Assembly (NCBI RefSeq): GCF_009914755.1
Contig: NC_060925.1
Origin: the human T2T-CHM13v2.0 reference genome, Homo sapiens
Strand: one strand, 5' to 3'
Length of the DNA stretch: 64,000 nucleotides
This document shows, piece after piece, positions 1-14,600 of this stretch. Made by a program: the position numbers and the translations under genes. The notes below the pieces were generated by a model, which searched no databases, was not told the DNA's origin, and was given only the letters and a program-made list of their open reading frames with translations. Every line of letters begins with the position of its first letter. Position 1 is the stretch's first letter.

Positions 1-75
1 GTGTCATTTTGCAAGGAAAAAAAAAACTGTTCGCATCCCTGTTGTTTTGGTTTTCCCCATGGTAAAAGTTCTTGG

Positions 76-414
<339 letters not shown>

Positions 415-2059
415 TCACCCTTAATCCACATTTAATGTGCACCTCTTCCCCACCATTAATGCTAGTGCCCAGTGTTCCCCCAATGCAGCAATCCTATTCT
501 AGCTGTCAGACTCCATGGACATTTGGGGGCCTTAACTCACTCAAGCACTTACTGTTGACTTTGTTCTTGAAATTCTTCCTTTACTTTCAGGACCTCTCAC
601 GGTTTATTCTCCCACTTCACCACCTCTTCTAGGGCAATTGTGTTCTAAAAATATCACAGGAACAATTGCACAGGCATGAGGAGCACAAATTCTCTCTTTG
701 TGCGCCTCAGGCCTGGCTCAATACCTGCTATTTTCTCATTCTAGAACAACTTTCATGCCCCCTTTTTCCTAGCTAACGCCTAGTAAGCTTTCAAGATACA
801 ACTCCAACACACTGTGCCTCCAGAAAGGCCTCCCAACCTCCAAACTGGATGAAGTATCCGTTTTCTATGTATCCATAGCATCTGTGCAAACCTCTACCTT
901 GCACTAGATTGCAGTGATTTTAATTTCCAGGTCATCTGTCTTGCTTTGTCAAGTTATCTATAAACCTCGTGGCAACATGTATGCACAAAGCACAGCATAA
1001 AATGGATGTTCCACTCAAATTACTCAAATGGAATTGAATCACAACACAGATGGGAAGTCCTATGCTGGAGAGGACCCTTAAGTTTTGGCTTCTAAAACCT
1101 TTATTTTTGTCATTTGTTATTTTTCCCATAATAGCATCCCACAATTGTATTCTGTGCTTACATTTGTCTTCCTCACTACTGTGAATGCATGGCCGGGTCT
1201 ATCTTGTGCATTGCTGTGTTCCAGCATGTAACAGTGCCCACCACAGAGGACATGCTAAACAAATACTTACTGATGAACTGACCCTATATGTGATATACAA
1301 CGTGTCTAACAATAGGTGCACAGTCACATTCTTATACTATGAACATATGAAGTTGGCTTGCTGGTTGATGAGAAGTATGAGTGAGGTCTCAGGTGACTGG
1401 CCTAGTTGATGACTTAGTTTAGGAAAACAGGAATCTCTTTGACTTGGACTTTTTTTTTCTGGCTGTCGTGATCAGTTTATGGGTGTCTCAAAATGACTCT
1501 AGAATATGTAGAAACAGCCATTATACCAAATTCAGAGAGAGTATAAAGATTCATAGATGGGCATTAGATTGAGATGTATCAGATATTGCTTGAAACTGGC
1601 CCCTGGCTGAAGGAGCCTCTGAAGGAGAGTCTTGCTGTCATGACAGCAGCTTGTAGGTGCCTCCTGAGCAAGATGACAAAGTGCCCCCTCCATTTCAGAA
1701 AAAACTTGCAGACCCTTCCGTATCTTATTTGGATTTTTCTGTGTCTCTTCTGGAGTTTACTAAAAGTTCCTTTGTGTTTCCCACAAACATCTATTTCCCT
1801 AAACTTTAAGTATCTGATTAGTGTTGAGTTTTCTATGAGAATTTCCCAATTCTTCATAACTCACTGTGGTAACTTTCTGTCAGCAGAAACATGCCTTTTC
1901 TTAAGGGTCTAGAAGCAAAAGGCAGGGGTGAGTACGGAGGCAAAGAGAACCATCATTTACTGATGACATCAGTGGGAAGCAGGCTGCTGGGTGCTGATAC
2001 AAGTTAAGTGGTTTAATATTCACACCATGGGCAGCAGGCGTGACAATACCATGGTAGAG

Positions 2060-2373
2060 TCTCACCATGGTTCACAAAACCCTGTGTGATGATCTGGTCC
2101 CTGCTTTCCTTTCCAAACTCACCTCCTATCACTTTCCTTTTGCCAGATCCAACCACAATGGCCTCACTGCTAGCCTTAGAGCATTGCCTACGTCAGAGGA
2201 GGAACATGGAATCTGCTCTCCTAAGCTGTCTTCAGCCTCACTCAAATGTCACCTCTTTAGAGAAGTCTTCTTTGTCCATTGCCCACCCTAACTAAAATAG
2301 CTGCCCCTTTATTCTCTAGTCCCTTATCATATTTTATTTTTCTTCATGGGACTTATCATACTTGATATTACAT

Positions 2374-2421
<48 letters not shown>

Positions 2422-2690
2422 CATATATATATACAGGAATACATATATATACACATTTATATGTGTGTCTGTGTGTATAATATCAGATATGACACTATAT
2501 ATTATAATATTGATATTATACATTACAATTATATATAATATAGTATGTATTATATCTACATTTATTCCTATATTTTCAGCTAGAGGGCAAGTATCTACAT
2601 TGTTCACTGTTGTCTTAATCACTGTTGTGTCCCCAGCACCCAGCCTGGCACCTGCTACATAGTAGGTCCTAGATAAATATCAAATGAATG
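2060..2690 (+). mobile_element. L2 LINE 3' fragment interrupted by (CA)n/AT-rich low-complexity sequence
   Basis: L2 3' end motif cctggcac...atagtagg...ataaatat..aatgaatg; (CA)n at about 2377-2422. Confidence 0.6.
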
Positions 2691-2905
2691 CATCTGTTAC
2701 AGAAAAGAACATTGAGGCACCACCAAGTGTCTTCTCAATGGAGTCAGACCTAAATTCATCTCCCCGGCATCTTGGGAAGGCAGGATTTTTGAGCTGAACT
2801 CCCTCAGTCACCCCTTGCTGTACCCTTGTCTCCTCACTCTCTTATGCTGGTATCTTGGGGCCCACAGAGGAAATAACCACCATTGCTGGTCCCTCTCACA
2901 CCCAG

Positions 2906-3046
2906 GTGGACTTGAGGCGCCAGCAGATTTCCCAGGCTGTGGAGGAGGTGCAGAAAGTCGTTCATCATTTGACCACAAACATCAGCAACCAAGACATTAG
3001 ATTTCAAGCTGTGCCTTACTCTGACACGTACAATGAAAATATTAAG
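2906..3046 (+). CDS. MAB21L3: MAB21L3 coding exon ([10 protein letters not shown]...TYNENIK), 141 nt, phase 0/0
   Basis: Acceptor cccAG ends at 2905 and donor AAG|GTAAGC starts at 3047. The translation matches the recognised MAB21L3 N-terminal helix. The start-codon exon is not in the window. Confidence 0.95.
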
Positions 3047-3218
3047 GTAAGCAAGTCTTGCTGTCTCTAAGTGCCACCAACAGAGCCAGGACACTTGGGC
3101 AGGTGAATCTCAGTGTGTGACAGATGCTTGCCTCACTCAGAATACTCATAACAATTCTTGTTTTCATAGGTATTCTTAGTTTTTACTATTTACAGTCTCA
3201 TTTTATACATGTCATTTC

Positions 3219-3384
<166 letters not shown>

Positions 3385-4518
3385 CTAGATGAGAAAAACT
3401 AGGCTCAGAGAAGTCAAATGACTTGATCAAGTCATATCAGGCACTAAAGCCAGAACTCACACAGAGGCTTTTGATTCCAAAGCACATTCCGCTGTCACAA
3501 TCAAAGCTCAGTTAAATACACATTCATTTATTAAGCACCTACTTAATAGATTGGGGGTGGGGTGGAGGGAACTGAGGGCATCCATAAGAAGACAGTTGAA
3601 AGTCAGTCTGTGGGTTGCAGATGGGGAAGGAAGAAAGTAGAAGAGGTGCCACTGAGAAGCTGCAGGAGCAGACTGGCAACCCCTCTCCCTGCTAAAGAAT
3701 CCCACCCAGTGTAAGCCAATGGGTAACACCAGCATTCAGGCAACACAGTAGTGAGGGCAGAGCTGTACACAGAGAAACGACCTTACTTAAACCTGTAAAC
3801 CACCTTGTGGAAAAGACAATCTGTTCATTTCCATTTTAGAGGTAAGAGAAGTGAGATCCTGAATCATTCTGAATCTCCATTATTCTTTATCTCGATTTTT
3901 ATTATGCCACCTACCTCTTTCACTTTGTATTAAATTTGTATGTATTCATGGCCCATTTCTCACAACAGACTGCACATCCCTCGATTGTAAGGACCAAGTT
4001 TACTATTCGTTTTGTTCCTAGCACCCAGCATGGTATGTGGCACATGGTAGACACTTAACATATGTGGAATGAATGAATAAATGAATGAGTAAAAGAATTA
4101 GTACCTGAGCAAAAGACCATTGCTGGCCCATTACATCTCAAGGTTGGTGGACGCAGGAACCACCTAAGAGATTCTGGGATTTGTGGATTCTGAAACAGAC
4201 TCAGATTGTAGGAAATTAATCCCAGGGTGAAAATTATAAAACCAGACTGAATCCTGGAATGCTAGAATATCACTTGCCCAACTCTACCACCCAAGCCAAT
4301 CTAACTTGGACACACATAGACCAGTGACTAGAAATAGAGATATTACATTACTTTTCTTAGCACTATACCCAAGGAAATTTCCTTCAGTGGTCCCACTTAG
4401 AATTCATAGCTTAAAATATATCTTGCATTTATATATGTCATGTCTCACATATTAAGTTTTGAAAATAGCTACAGCATAGCATATAAAATTGCTTTTAACT
4501 TAGATCAAAATCAACAAG

Positions 4519-4756
4519 TTTTTGTTTGTTTTGCTTTTTTGCCTGTTTTTTAAAGATAGGGTCTCATTCTGTCACCCAGGCCGGAGTGCAGTGCTGCGAT
4601 CATGGCTCACTGCAGCCTCAACCTCCCAGGCTTAAGTGATTTTCCCACCTCAGCCACCTGAGCAGCTGGGACTACAAGTGCAAATGCCACCATGCCTGGT
4701 TAATTTTTTTATTTTTATTTTTTGTAGAGATGGATTTCATCATATTGCCCAAGCTG
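4519..4756 (-). mobile_element. AluJ, 5'-truncated
   Basis: Reverse-complement Alu (T-tail, cacccaggccggagtgcagtg...) ending mid left arm; tcaacaa on both flanks. Confidence 0.8.
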
Positions 4757-6039
4757 CTCAACAAATATCTACTAAGCACCACTTATATGACTAATAACAT
4801 GATAGTTGTGCTTTTGAATTCACATGAAAGTGAATTGAAATAATGTACAGATCTGAAATTCCAGGGACTTTAGATGTTTTTCCTCTTTTTAAATCCAGCT
4901 GCCTTTCTATGGGTACCAGAAGTCATGTGGATACATCATCTAAAACATCAAACTATTGTTTTCTTAGAGTTAGACAGAACCAGCTGGAGCTGATTAGGGC
5001 TTTCCCCACTCAATGGGTCAATGACTGGCCCTGGGCAAGAGTTAACCAAATTCCATGGTCAGAGCTTTCCAGGAGGAGGAGGCAGCTGACTCACAGCCGA
5101 AGGCGTGCATGCAGTGGGACATGGTCATAGTTCAAGCTCCTTTGGCTGCTCTGTTTACCCACTTGTTCTACCTCTCGGCTGCCGGTCTGCCTGCTTTCCC
5201 CCAGTCGTTGCTTCACTGGTTCCTGGAGAAAGGGGCTAGGTAAATTCTGATTGTTTGCTTTTTTCTTTAAGCTTAGAATCATCTCAACAGCTCACATTGT
5301 CTCAACAAATAAGCTTTCATTTTGCCTTTATTTTGGAAGGGTTAGTCATGAACACTGACCATAGGTCATCAGTACAGGCCAAAAAAAAAAGGAGATATTT
5401 TACAAAATCTGTTACGTCCCCTCCTGTTACTTCCCACCTTTAATTTGTGTCAAAACATTCACCATTCCATGTCATTCATTGTTGGCTGAGTGCCAGCCCA
5501 GGGTAGAGAAATAATAACTGAACAAGCTGTCCAAAGACCTAAATTCAAATTCTGACTCTTCTACTTACTGGTTGTGTGTCCCTGAGGAGATCTCCAAGCC
5601 CCTCTGCATCTTGAATTCCTTATCTGGAAAATGGCAAGAAAGCTCACCTTACTGTGTGACTGTGAAGTTGAAATGGTCAAATGCATTAGAATTACGGTGT
5701 TGCGTCTGCATGGAACTGAATGCATACTCATTCTTCTTTCTCAAACCTTAGGTCTCCTCTGGAGTTCCTGGTTTAGTTCACTGTCTTTACTTGTATATTC
5801 ATGAGATAATAAACTCAGCAGGTTAATTTACTTGCCCGAAGTATTTACAATGATTCAGTAGCAGAACAAAGAGGTAATCCACTTGTAACACCCAGGTCGA
5901 GGTCTCCGTGTATCTGGTCACTCTGCTGAGGGTGGAGTGGTTAACAGAGCTGCCTGACGAGACAGGTTGGTTCCCAGGACTTCCGTTACCTCCCGAATCT
6001 GTGAATTCATGCTTGTTTTCAATCCTTTCCTGACCCTAG

Positions 6040-6331
6040 GTTTTGGCTCCCAGTCAGTTCCTCGTCACAGTCCCAATAAAAGGCCTGGCCGGGTACAGGG
6101 AGGCCAGGGAGCAGCACTGGCGGTACTACACACTGCAGGGCACCAGGCTGCCCTGCCCGTTGCGGGACCCTGAGGGTCTGCAGCAGTGGCTGGAGGTGGA
6201 ACAGTTTATGAAGAGCCTGTGGCAGTGGCATGAGACAGATGTGAACATCGACGGAGACATTGTGCCTGCCAAGGTCCTCCTAGTGTTCCGGAAGCTGGTG
6301 GAAAATGCAGTTAGAACCTGTCACCTCTCAG
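6040..6331 (+). CDS. MAB21L3: MAB21L3 coding exon ([12 protein letters not shown]...RTCHLS-G), 292 nt, phase 0/1
   Basis: Pyrimidine tract + ccTAG ends at 6039; donor CAG|GTGAGC at 6332. ORF 6043..6390 translation continues in frame from the previous exon. Confidence 0.96.
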
Positions 6332-6769
6332 GTGAGCTGATCAGGAACAAGTGCAAGGGTAATTGCTGGCATTCCCCTTTCACTCTATAAAACCTCTGTT
6401 TGGGTGTTACCTGCAGCTCACAGCCTACATTTGAGAAAATAATCATGTGCTCTTCACATTTATTTAATCTTCATAATATGAATCAGCTTTTTTTCCTGCT
6501 GTTGATGCACAGAAGATTGGAATTCATACTAACAAAATAGTCTTGTGGCTTTAAGAAAGTTACTGTGCTGGCATAGATATAAAATGCTGTGGATTATGCA
6601 CCTTAACCAGGCTTAAAAACTTAAGCGTATTGTTTTTTAAAAAAGCAAATTATTCACAAACCCCAGGTCTTCTTTATTAGCACATTTCTACTGCAGCACC
6701 TCCATCTGACTGCAGTACCACAGGGTGCTGAGATTCCACATTTGGAAACCACTAACTTGTACCAAAGCA

Positions 6770-7660
6770 CAAAATCCAGGAGCCATAAAGAACTGACTAA
6801 GTTTGACAACTCCAAAGTCTTAAGCTACTGTACAGCATATGCATACACACACACACACACACATACACACACACACACACTCCCTTTTTGTTCACACAAA
6901 GCGAAAAGGTGAATTTCAAACTGGAAAGAAATGGCTAATTTTCTTAATTTATAAATCAATAAGAAAAAAGATGAGCTGACCAATAGAGATAATTACCAAA
7001 AAAAAAAAAGGAATCACAGAAAAAGAATACAAATGGCTTGCAAAAATAAGAAAAGGCATTCCATCTAATGTATATTTCAACGTATATTAGAATATACCTA
7101 ATGTTGGGTGCATTAAAATACCTAGCAAGCTAAAAGAAATGAAAAGTTTGATCATGCTTAGTGTCGAGTGGGCATGGTGAAATGGGTATTCTCATGTTGT
7201 TATTAGAAGTGTAAATTGGTGTCTCCTTTTTAAAGGGCAAGTTGTCTATATTTTATTTTTATAATGTGCTTACTTGACAATTCAACAATTCCAGTTCTAG
7301 AAATATATTTCTACAAATACACAAAGAATTGTGCACCAGGATATTCTCTGCCATAGGTTTTATAATAGTAAATAGCTAGAAGTAATCTAAATGGCTAACA
7401 AAGGAAAATTGGCTAAATTAAATTATGCTATCTCTGCCTACTGGACTACTATGCAGCCTTTAAAAAGAACAGGCATATGCCCATGCATACATACAGAGCT
7501 ATGAAAAATGCATGTGCTAAATAGTTAAGTGAAAAACCAAACTGCTAAACAATATGAGATTCCATCTGTGTGAAAATAAAAGGATGTATTCATACATACA
7601 TTTGTTTGTCTAGACAGAATAGTTCTGAAAATTTCCATAATGGTAATAGTTTATGTTTAA
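6770..7660 (+). mobile_element. Ancient L1M 3' fragment with embedded (AC)n (about 6845-6880)
   Basis: Degenerate L1 ORF2-end/3' motifs (aattccagttctagaaatata; ggactactatgcagcctttaaaaagaac). Boundaries approximate. Confidence 0.6.
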
Positions 7661-8746
7661 TAGATTTTTTTACTAAGTAGAATAAGTTTCATGGGTTATT
7701 TAATTTAATCCTCATAACCACACAATACAGTAAGAATTCTTTTCCTACCTGTTTTAGAGATGAGGAAACTGAGACTTAGAGAGATTAAGTCACTTCTGAA
7801 GTTCACACACCTCATAAGCAGAGCCAGCTGCAGGGCAGGGTGTGGGCCGGCAGGGTGTGGGCCGGCAGGCTGGCTGCAGCATCGGCTCACCTCTTATGCT
7901 GTGCGACATTATTCATGGTGAAAGTGCAAAGCAGAGATTCAGAATGGGCAAGGTTTATGAGGCGCTTTTAGTAAATAATGCTAAAGTGCCAGTTGTCATG
8001 TTCCTGTCTGGGCAGCTCTGATGAGATGCAGACAAGCCCTTTATCCCACCCTGGCCAGGGAATGTTTCCCTTTTGAACAGCCTAACACAATTAATGTGCT
8101 TCCATTTTCTTCTCTGTGCAAGGAAATGCAAAATAATAGATTCCAATCTATTTCAAGAATTGGGATGAGCAAATAAGGATGAATAGATCCTGATCTATTC
8201 AAGACTGCTTATCTTTATCTGCAATGAAGGCAAACAAACAAAAACTGTACCTTTTGAAAGAAGAAGGAGCAAATTGGAAATGAGGAAATTATAGTATGTG
8301 AGCTGGAAAACTACTAGATGCGTTAGTTTTCTCTTCTTCTCTTTGCCTGGTTGGAAAACGAGGCAATGGAGACTTCTTTCAAATCACTCAATCCTCTGAA
8401 ACAGTGGCTGTGACGTGCTTTGATGTATTTTGTGGTTACAGGGGTTTCTGATGATAGATACCTCTGAGGCTCGGCTGGCTGAATGGATGGTAAAAACAAA
8501 TACCATCTAAGAGACTGAGGCTCAGATAAAAGAAAGGTGAAGCCAAATTTCACCAAAGGCATATGCATAAATAAGGAGGCTGATGCTGTCCCTAACCAGT
8601 GTCAGAATATCTAGGTGAAGAGGGAAAAAAAATGGCATTAGCCTTCCCTATGTTTGCATTACTCTGAAAACCAACATTTAGATATTTGGGTGGAATGGAG
8701 AAGGATATAGAAAAATAGTTAGGTTTCATTTTTACAGTAGCAAATA

Positions 8747-9075
8747 CAGAAGTTCCCCAACTTGCCATGGCTCAACATATGATTTTTTTACTTTACAAGG
8801 GTGCGAAAGTGATACATGTTTAGTAGAACCCATACTTCGAGTACCCATACAACCATTCAATGAATTCCATGAGATATTCAACACTTTATTATAAAATAGG
8901 CTTTGTGTTAGATGATTTTGCCCAACTGTAAGTTAATGTAAGTGTTCTGAGCACTTTTAAGGTAGGGTAGGCTAAGCTATGATGTTTGGTAGGTTCGGTG
9001 TATTAATACATTTTCAACTTAGAATATTTTCAGCTTCATCAGGATGTGACCTCATCGTAAGTCAAGGAGCATCTA
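8747..9075 (-). mobile_element. Tigger4/Zombi-type TcMar DNA transposon (MITE)
   Basis: Degenerate terminal inverted repeats (cag..ccccaactt.. / ..cgtaagtcaaggagcatct) flanked by TA; internal Tigger4-like sequence. Confidence 0.75.
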
Positions 9076-9439
9076 TACTACACTTTTTCTTTTTATTCTA
9101 TGGCTTTTACTTTCAGTTGATCCTCCTGAAAAGAATCTATTAATTTAAAAGAAAAGGTACCCCAAATGCCTTGGGGTTGGGGGAGAAAGAAAAACTCACC
9201 AGCAATGAGACTTCTTAGTAATGTTCCGATGCTGGCTAGCTGACTAACCATCTGGTTTTGATGTCAAAACCTTGACGTGCTACAGGCATTGTGATCCTTC
9301 ACGTGCTACAGACATTGTGAAAGTTGCCACACCAGTTGCAAGGTGCTGGTCAGAGCAACTGCTCACAAATTTCTTGTTTGAACGCTTGTAATGTGCAAAC
9401 CTTTCTCTTCTCCTTATCCATTTGGTCATTTCCCACCAG

Positions 9440-9618
9440 GTAAGGTCAGCCTGCTAGGAAACCGCTCTGCAGTTTGGGTTGCTGTGGAAACATCTGCATA
9501 TCAGGTGGAACTGGAGCTGGTCCCCGCAGTGGAGATCCCCACCACCTGGTCCAAGAAAGCCCGGTGGCCTCGATGTCTGCAGCGCTGGCCTTCCCAAGAG
9601 AGAGTGGAGTGCATCAAG
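9440..9618 (+). CDS. MAB21L3: MAB21L3 coding exon ([10 protein letters not shown]...RVECIK), 179 nt, phase 1/0
   Basis: Acceptor ccCAG ends at 9439; donor AAG|GTATCA at 9619. Encodes the ELELVPAVE strand and WP motifs typical of the Mab-21 family. Confidence 0.95.
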
Positions 9619-9730
9619 GTATCAGTGGGCGGGACCCAGCTTGCCAGAGCAGTGATGCCAACAGCTTAACCAGTCACAGCATTACTGACTGCCAATGAGT
9701 TTCCGAAGGAAAGTTGAGGTGTTACTAGAT

Positions 9731-9914
9731 CAGCAGTTCTCAAAGTGTGGGCCCTGCAGCAGCGTCACCTGAGAACTTGTTAGAAATGCAGCTTCCCGAG
9801 CCCCCACTCTGGACCTGCTGAATGAGACCCTGTGAACAGGGCCCAGCAATCTGTGTTTTAAGAAGCCCTCTGGGTGATGTGATTCTGATGTATGCTCAAG
9901 TTGGAGAACTGCTG
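9731..9914. mobile_element. MER5A hAT-Charlie MITE
   Basis: TIRs cagcagttctc ... gagaactgctg; internal cttgttagaaatgca motif. Confidence 0.85.
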
Positions 9915-10118
9915 TAGGAGAGGAAGTGGGCACCATCTTCTAACTGTCCACATCCAAGGTGGCTTGTGGTCTCCCTGGCACCCCCTTCTCATCCCCACGT
10001 AGGATGTGCTGTCTGCCTGGTGACAAGTTCCCCAGACCAGCAGACTGCTTCAGAAATGGCTTTCTACACCAGTGAGCATTGTTCTTCTTATTTCCCAATA
10101 TTTTTCTCTTTCTTCCAG

Positions 10119-10313
10119 TCGTTTGGATTTAACTTGTTGGCCTGTTCAAATTATCACTGGCAGCTGAGCTTCCTCCGTGCTGAGCAGGTGTTACTGGAAC
10201 AGCTGGATGAAGATGGGGGCTGCCGTAGGAAGTGTTTTCAGGTCATGAGGCACCTGAAGGAGGACATCTGGTGCCCAGGGAACAGGCCGGTTATCACGTC
10301 CCACCATCTGCAG
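10119..10313 (+). CDS. MAB21L3: MAB21L3 coding exon (SFGFNLLAC...TSHHLQ), 195 nt, phase 0/0
   Basis: Long pyrimidine tract + CAG ends at 10118; donor CAG|GTGAGT at 10314. Contains the WQLSF..AE and CRRKC motifs of the Mab-21/cGAS C-lobe. Confidence 0.96.
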
Positions 10314-12989
10314 GTGAGTGTGGGGCAGGTTGGAGAAGACCCAGGGGCAGCTTTGGATAGGTCATTCTTCCTGTGGCCTCTGTAGGGCCTGGCCAGAGCC
10401 ACTCAGAAGGGGTAGCATGTGTGAAAAATTCAGGATGAGGTTCTAGTATCTATATTTGCCATCCAACAAATTACTACGTATTATGGAAATATGTAAACTA
10501 GCACCATATGGGAGTCCACAACACCCCTGCCCAGGGTAAAATTTCCTCCCTCCCTTCCCTTTTCCAATTCTCTTCTATCCCACTTTTCCTCCCCTCTCAC
10601 TTTTATTTTACCCACCAAACCAACCTGAGTGCTCACTAGGTGCCAGAAACCCTGCTGAGGTTCAGAAATGAATCACAAAATGTGGTTTGTGCCTCACACT
10701 TTGATGGCTTTATGTTTGCGCCAGTCTTTAAACCCACTGCAGCCTACGCACACCTCCTCATGCACACAGACCCACTAACACAGAGGGGACCAGGAAATGC
10801 AACACAGAGGTTACCACACACGTAGTGCCACACACTTCTTTCCAGGGTCCAAATCACCAGGCAAGGATCTTCCCTTGCTCTGCCAGCCCCTGCCTCTCCT
10901 TGCCCTAAACCCAACAGTACACATTCATTCATGCCTTCACTCACTCATTCAGCAAGTGTTTATTGAGATTACTCTGGGCCAGAGGCCTGCCCCAGTACCT
11001 GCTGTGGGCTCAACCTCTGCAGGCACAAAGGTGAACAGACACAGATGTGTTTCCTCACTCATGGCACTTCTGGTCTAGCATGGGAGATAGACATGGGTCA
11101 GGCAAGCCAGTGGGTGCGTGTACAATCACACAGTGAGGAAGCACTGGAAAGGGAGGAGTATGGCTCTGTGAAGGCTCAGAGCAGCAGAGCCTGACCTGGA
11201 CTGGGCAGTCAGGGGGCCTCCCTGGAGAGGGGGCCTTTGACCACCCTCCCGACTCCCTCTTTCTCAAATTGTGAACCACACAGAGTGAAGTGTACTCTCA
11301 TGTAGCAGCTCTGTGCAGCCTGCTGGAGTAGGGAGGTAGGAGACTCTTGCAGGACACCCCAGCCCAGCCTAGCTAGTGTGGGCTGTGAAGCCTAGCTTCA
11401 GCCCTCCTCCCTGGCCCCAGAAAGGATGGACTCCCTTTCTACTCAGGTAAGCACAAGTCCCTGGGGCAGTCACCTATCTGTGAGGTGCCTTCCTCACATA
11501 CCTCTTCCTTCTCTCATTCGATGGACAAAACTGTCTTCCAGCCCCATGTTACTCTGTCTGCTCTAAAGTAACTTATTGAAGGACAGATACCACATTGATC
11601 TTGTCCAGCTGGCATGCTGACCTAACTCGATGTTCTTATTCATTGGGAGAAGGTGAACAAAACCCCCATTATCTCTCCCAATGCTTTGTACATAGTAGCG
11701 CATTAAATATTTGTTGAGCAAATGAATGAGTGGCTTCACATCTTACTCAACTTTTCTCTTTTTTTCGCACAAAATCACTAACCTTGCTTCACCTTCTTAT
11801 CTTTCCAATAACCTGTCCATTTTGACCTGCGGAAGAATCTGTTAACATCTCATTCACATGCACTGGGGCTTTTCTCTGGAGTTCCAACATTCTCAACGTG
11901 TCCCAAGCACACTTCCCTAAAAACACGCAGGCTGTTCTCCTGGATGGAGGGCATGTGCTTGCAGAAGATACTTTGATTCTTTCTGTGGATTTAGCTTCTC
12001 TTGCTTTCCTTTATACAGGCCACACTAGAAGAGGCAGAGCTGAGACGCAAACTCAAGTCTATCTCATATCAAAACCTCATAACCTTAACGATTGACTTCA
12101 TTACCTCTCAATTAAGATGGATGGAAATACCATTCGGTGACATGAATATTTCAGGCAGGATTGAATGGGGCCACCATGGATCTCCCAGCCATGGCTGCTT
12201 GCAAATCTGTACTCCCCACAAGGGCTGACTTCTATTCTGATGGCTCCTAAGTCACCTGGTGGATTTTAAGGCAACTCCTTAAGGATTCTCTGTTTCAATC
12301 CTCCCTGACCCACCTGTGTGGCACAATAGGGCATCCTCAAGGATGGGCATTTTTTTTAAGTGGGCTATTTCTGGAGTAAGATAAACAGAAAGTGCTAACT
12401 GCCTTTTTCTCTGGTCTTCCATCCTTAGTCCACAGACAGAATTATCTCCCATTTAGGCATCCCTGCCCTTGAAATGAATGTGGCTGGTGATAAATGTGGT
12501 GCTAGACACCATCCCAGATGATGACTTGAGTGTGCTGGATCCTTGCCAAATCTTCATTTTGAGGAAAGTGGAAGAGGTTGGGTTGCAAAACAGCATTAGG
12601 AAGCTGTGGCACTCAGCCTTGCCTCACCTTAAGTCTGACACTCTCTTACAAGGCCCTCACCTTCTCCCCAAAAAGGCTCTGCCCCAAGACTATTTCATGT
12701 GAAGCAAAAGCTTATCTTTTATTGCCTTATTTATTCCTAAAACCCACTCAAAATACATTGGCTTGCTTATAATGAGCTTAACTGCCCCAGTTTGCTTAGG
12801 GAGATAAAAGCTTAATTAACAAGAGGAATTAACATTTTTTCTGGTATCTAGGTTATCTTCGCTTGCATGAAATTATCTCTAACTCATTTATTCATAATAA
12901 CGTAATCTAAATACATAGTTGCTATGAACTTACAACTGCTCTAAAAAATAAAGACTGTATAAAAATAACCCAATATCTAAACCATAACA

Positions 12990-14600
<1,611 letters not shown>

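Noticed and set aside
3820-3850. ttttAGAG|GTAAGA splice-like juxtaposition in an intron
   Set aside because: It lies in a MIR-like fragment whose consensus resembles this motif, and no partner exon is evident.
5080-5130. AP-1 site (TGACTCA) next to two CATG cores suggesting a p63 element
   Set aside because: Half-site spacing and flanks do not fit RRRCWWGYYY x2, and a lone AP-1 heptamer is expected by chance.
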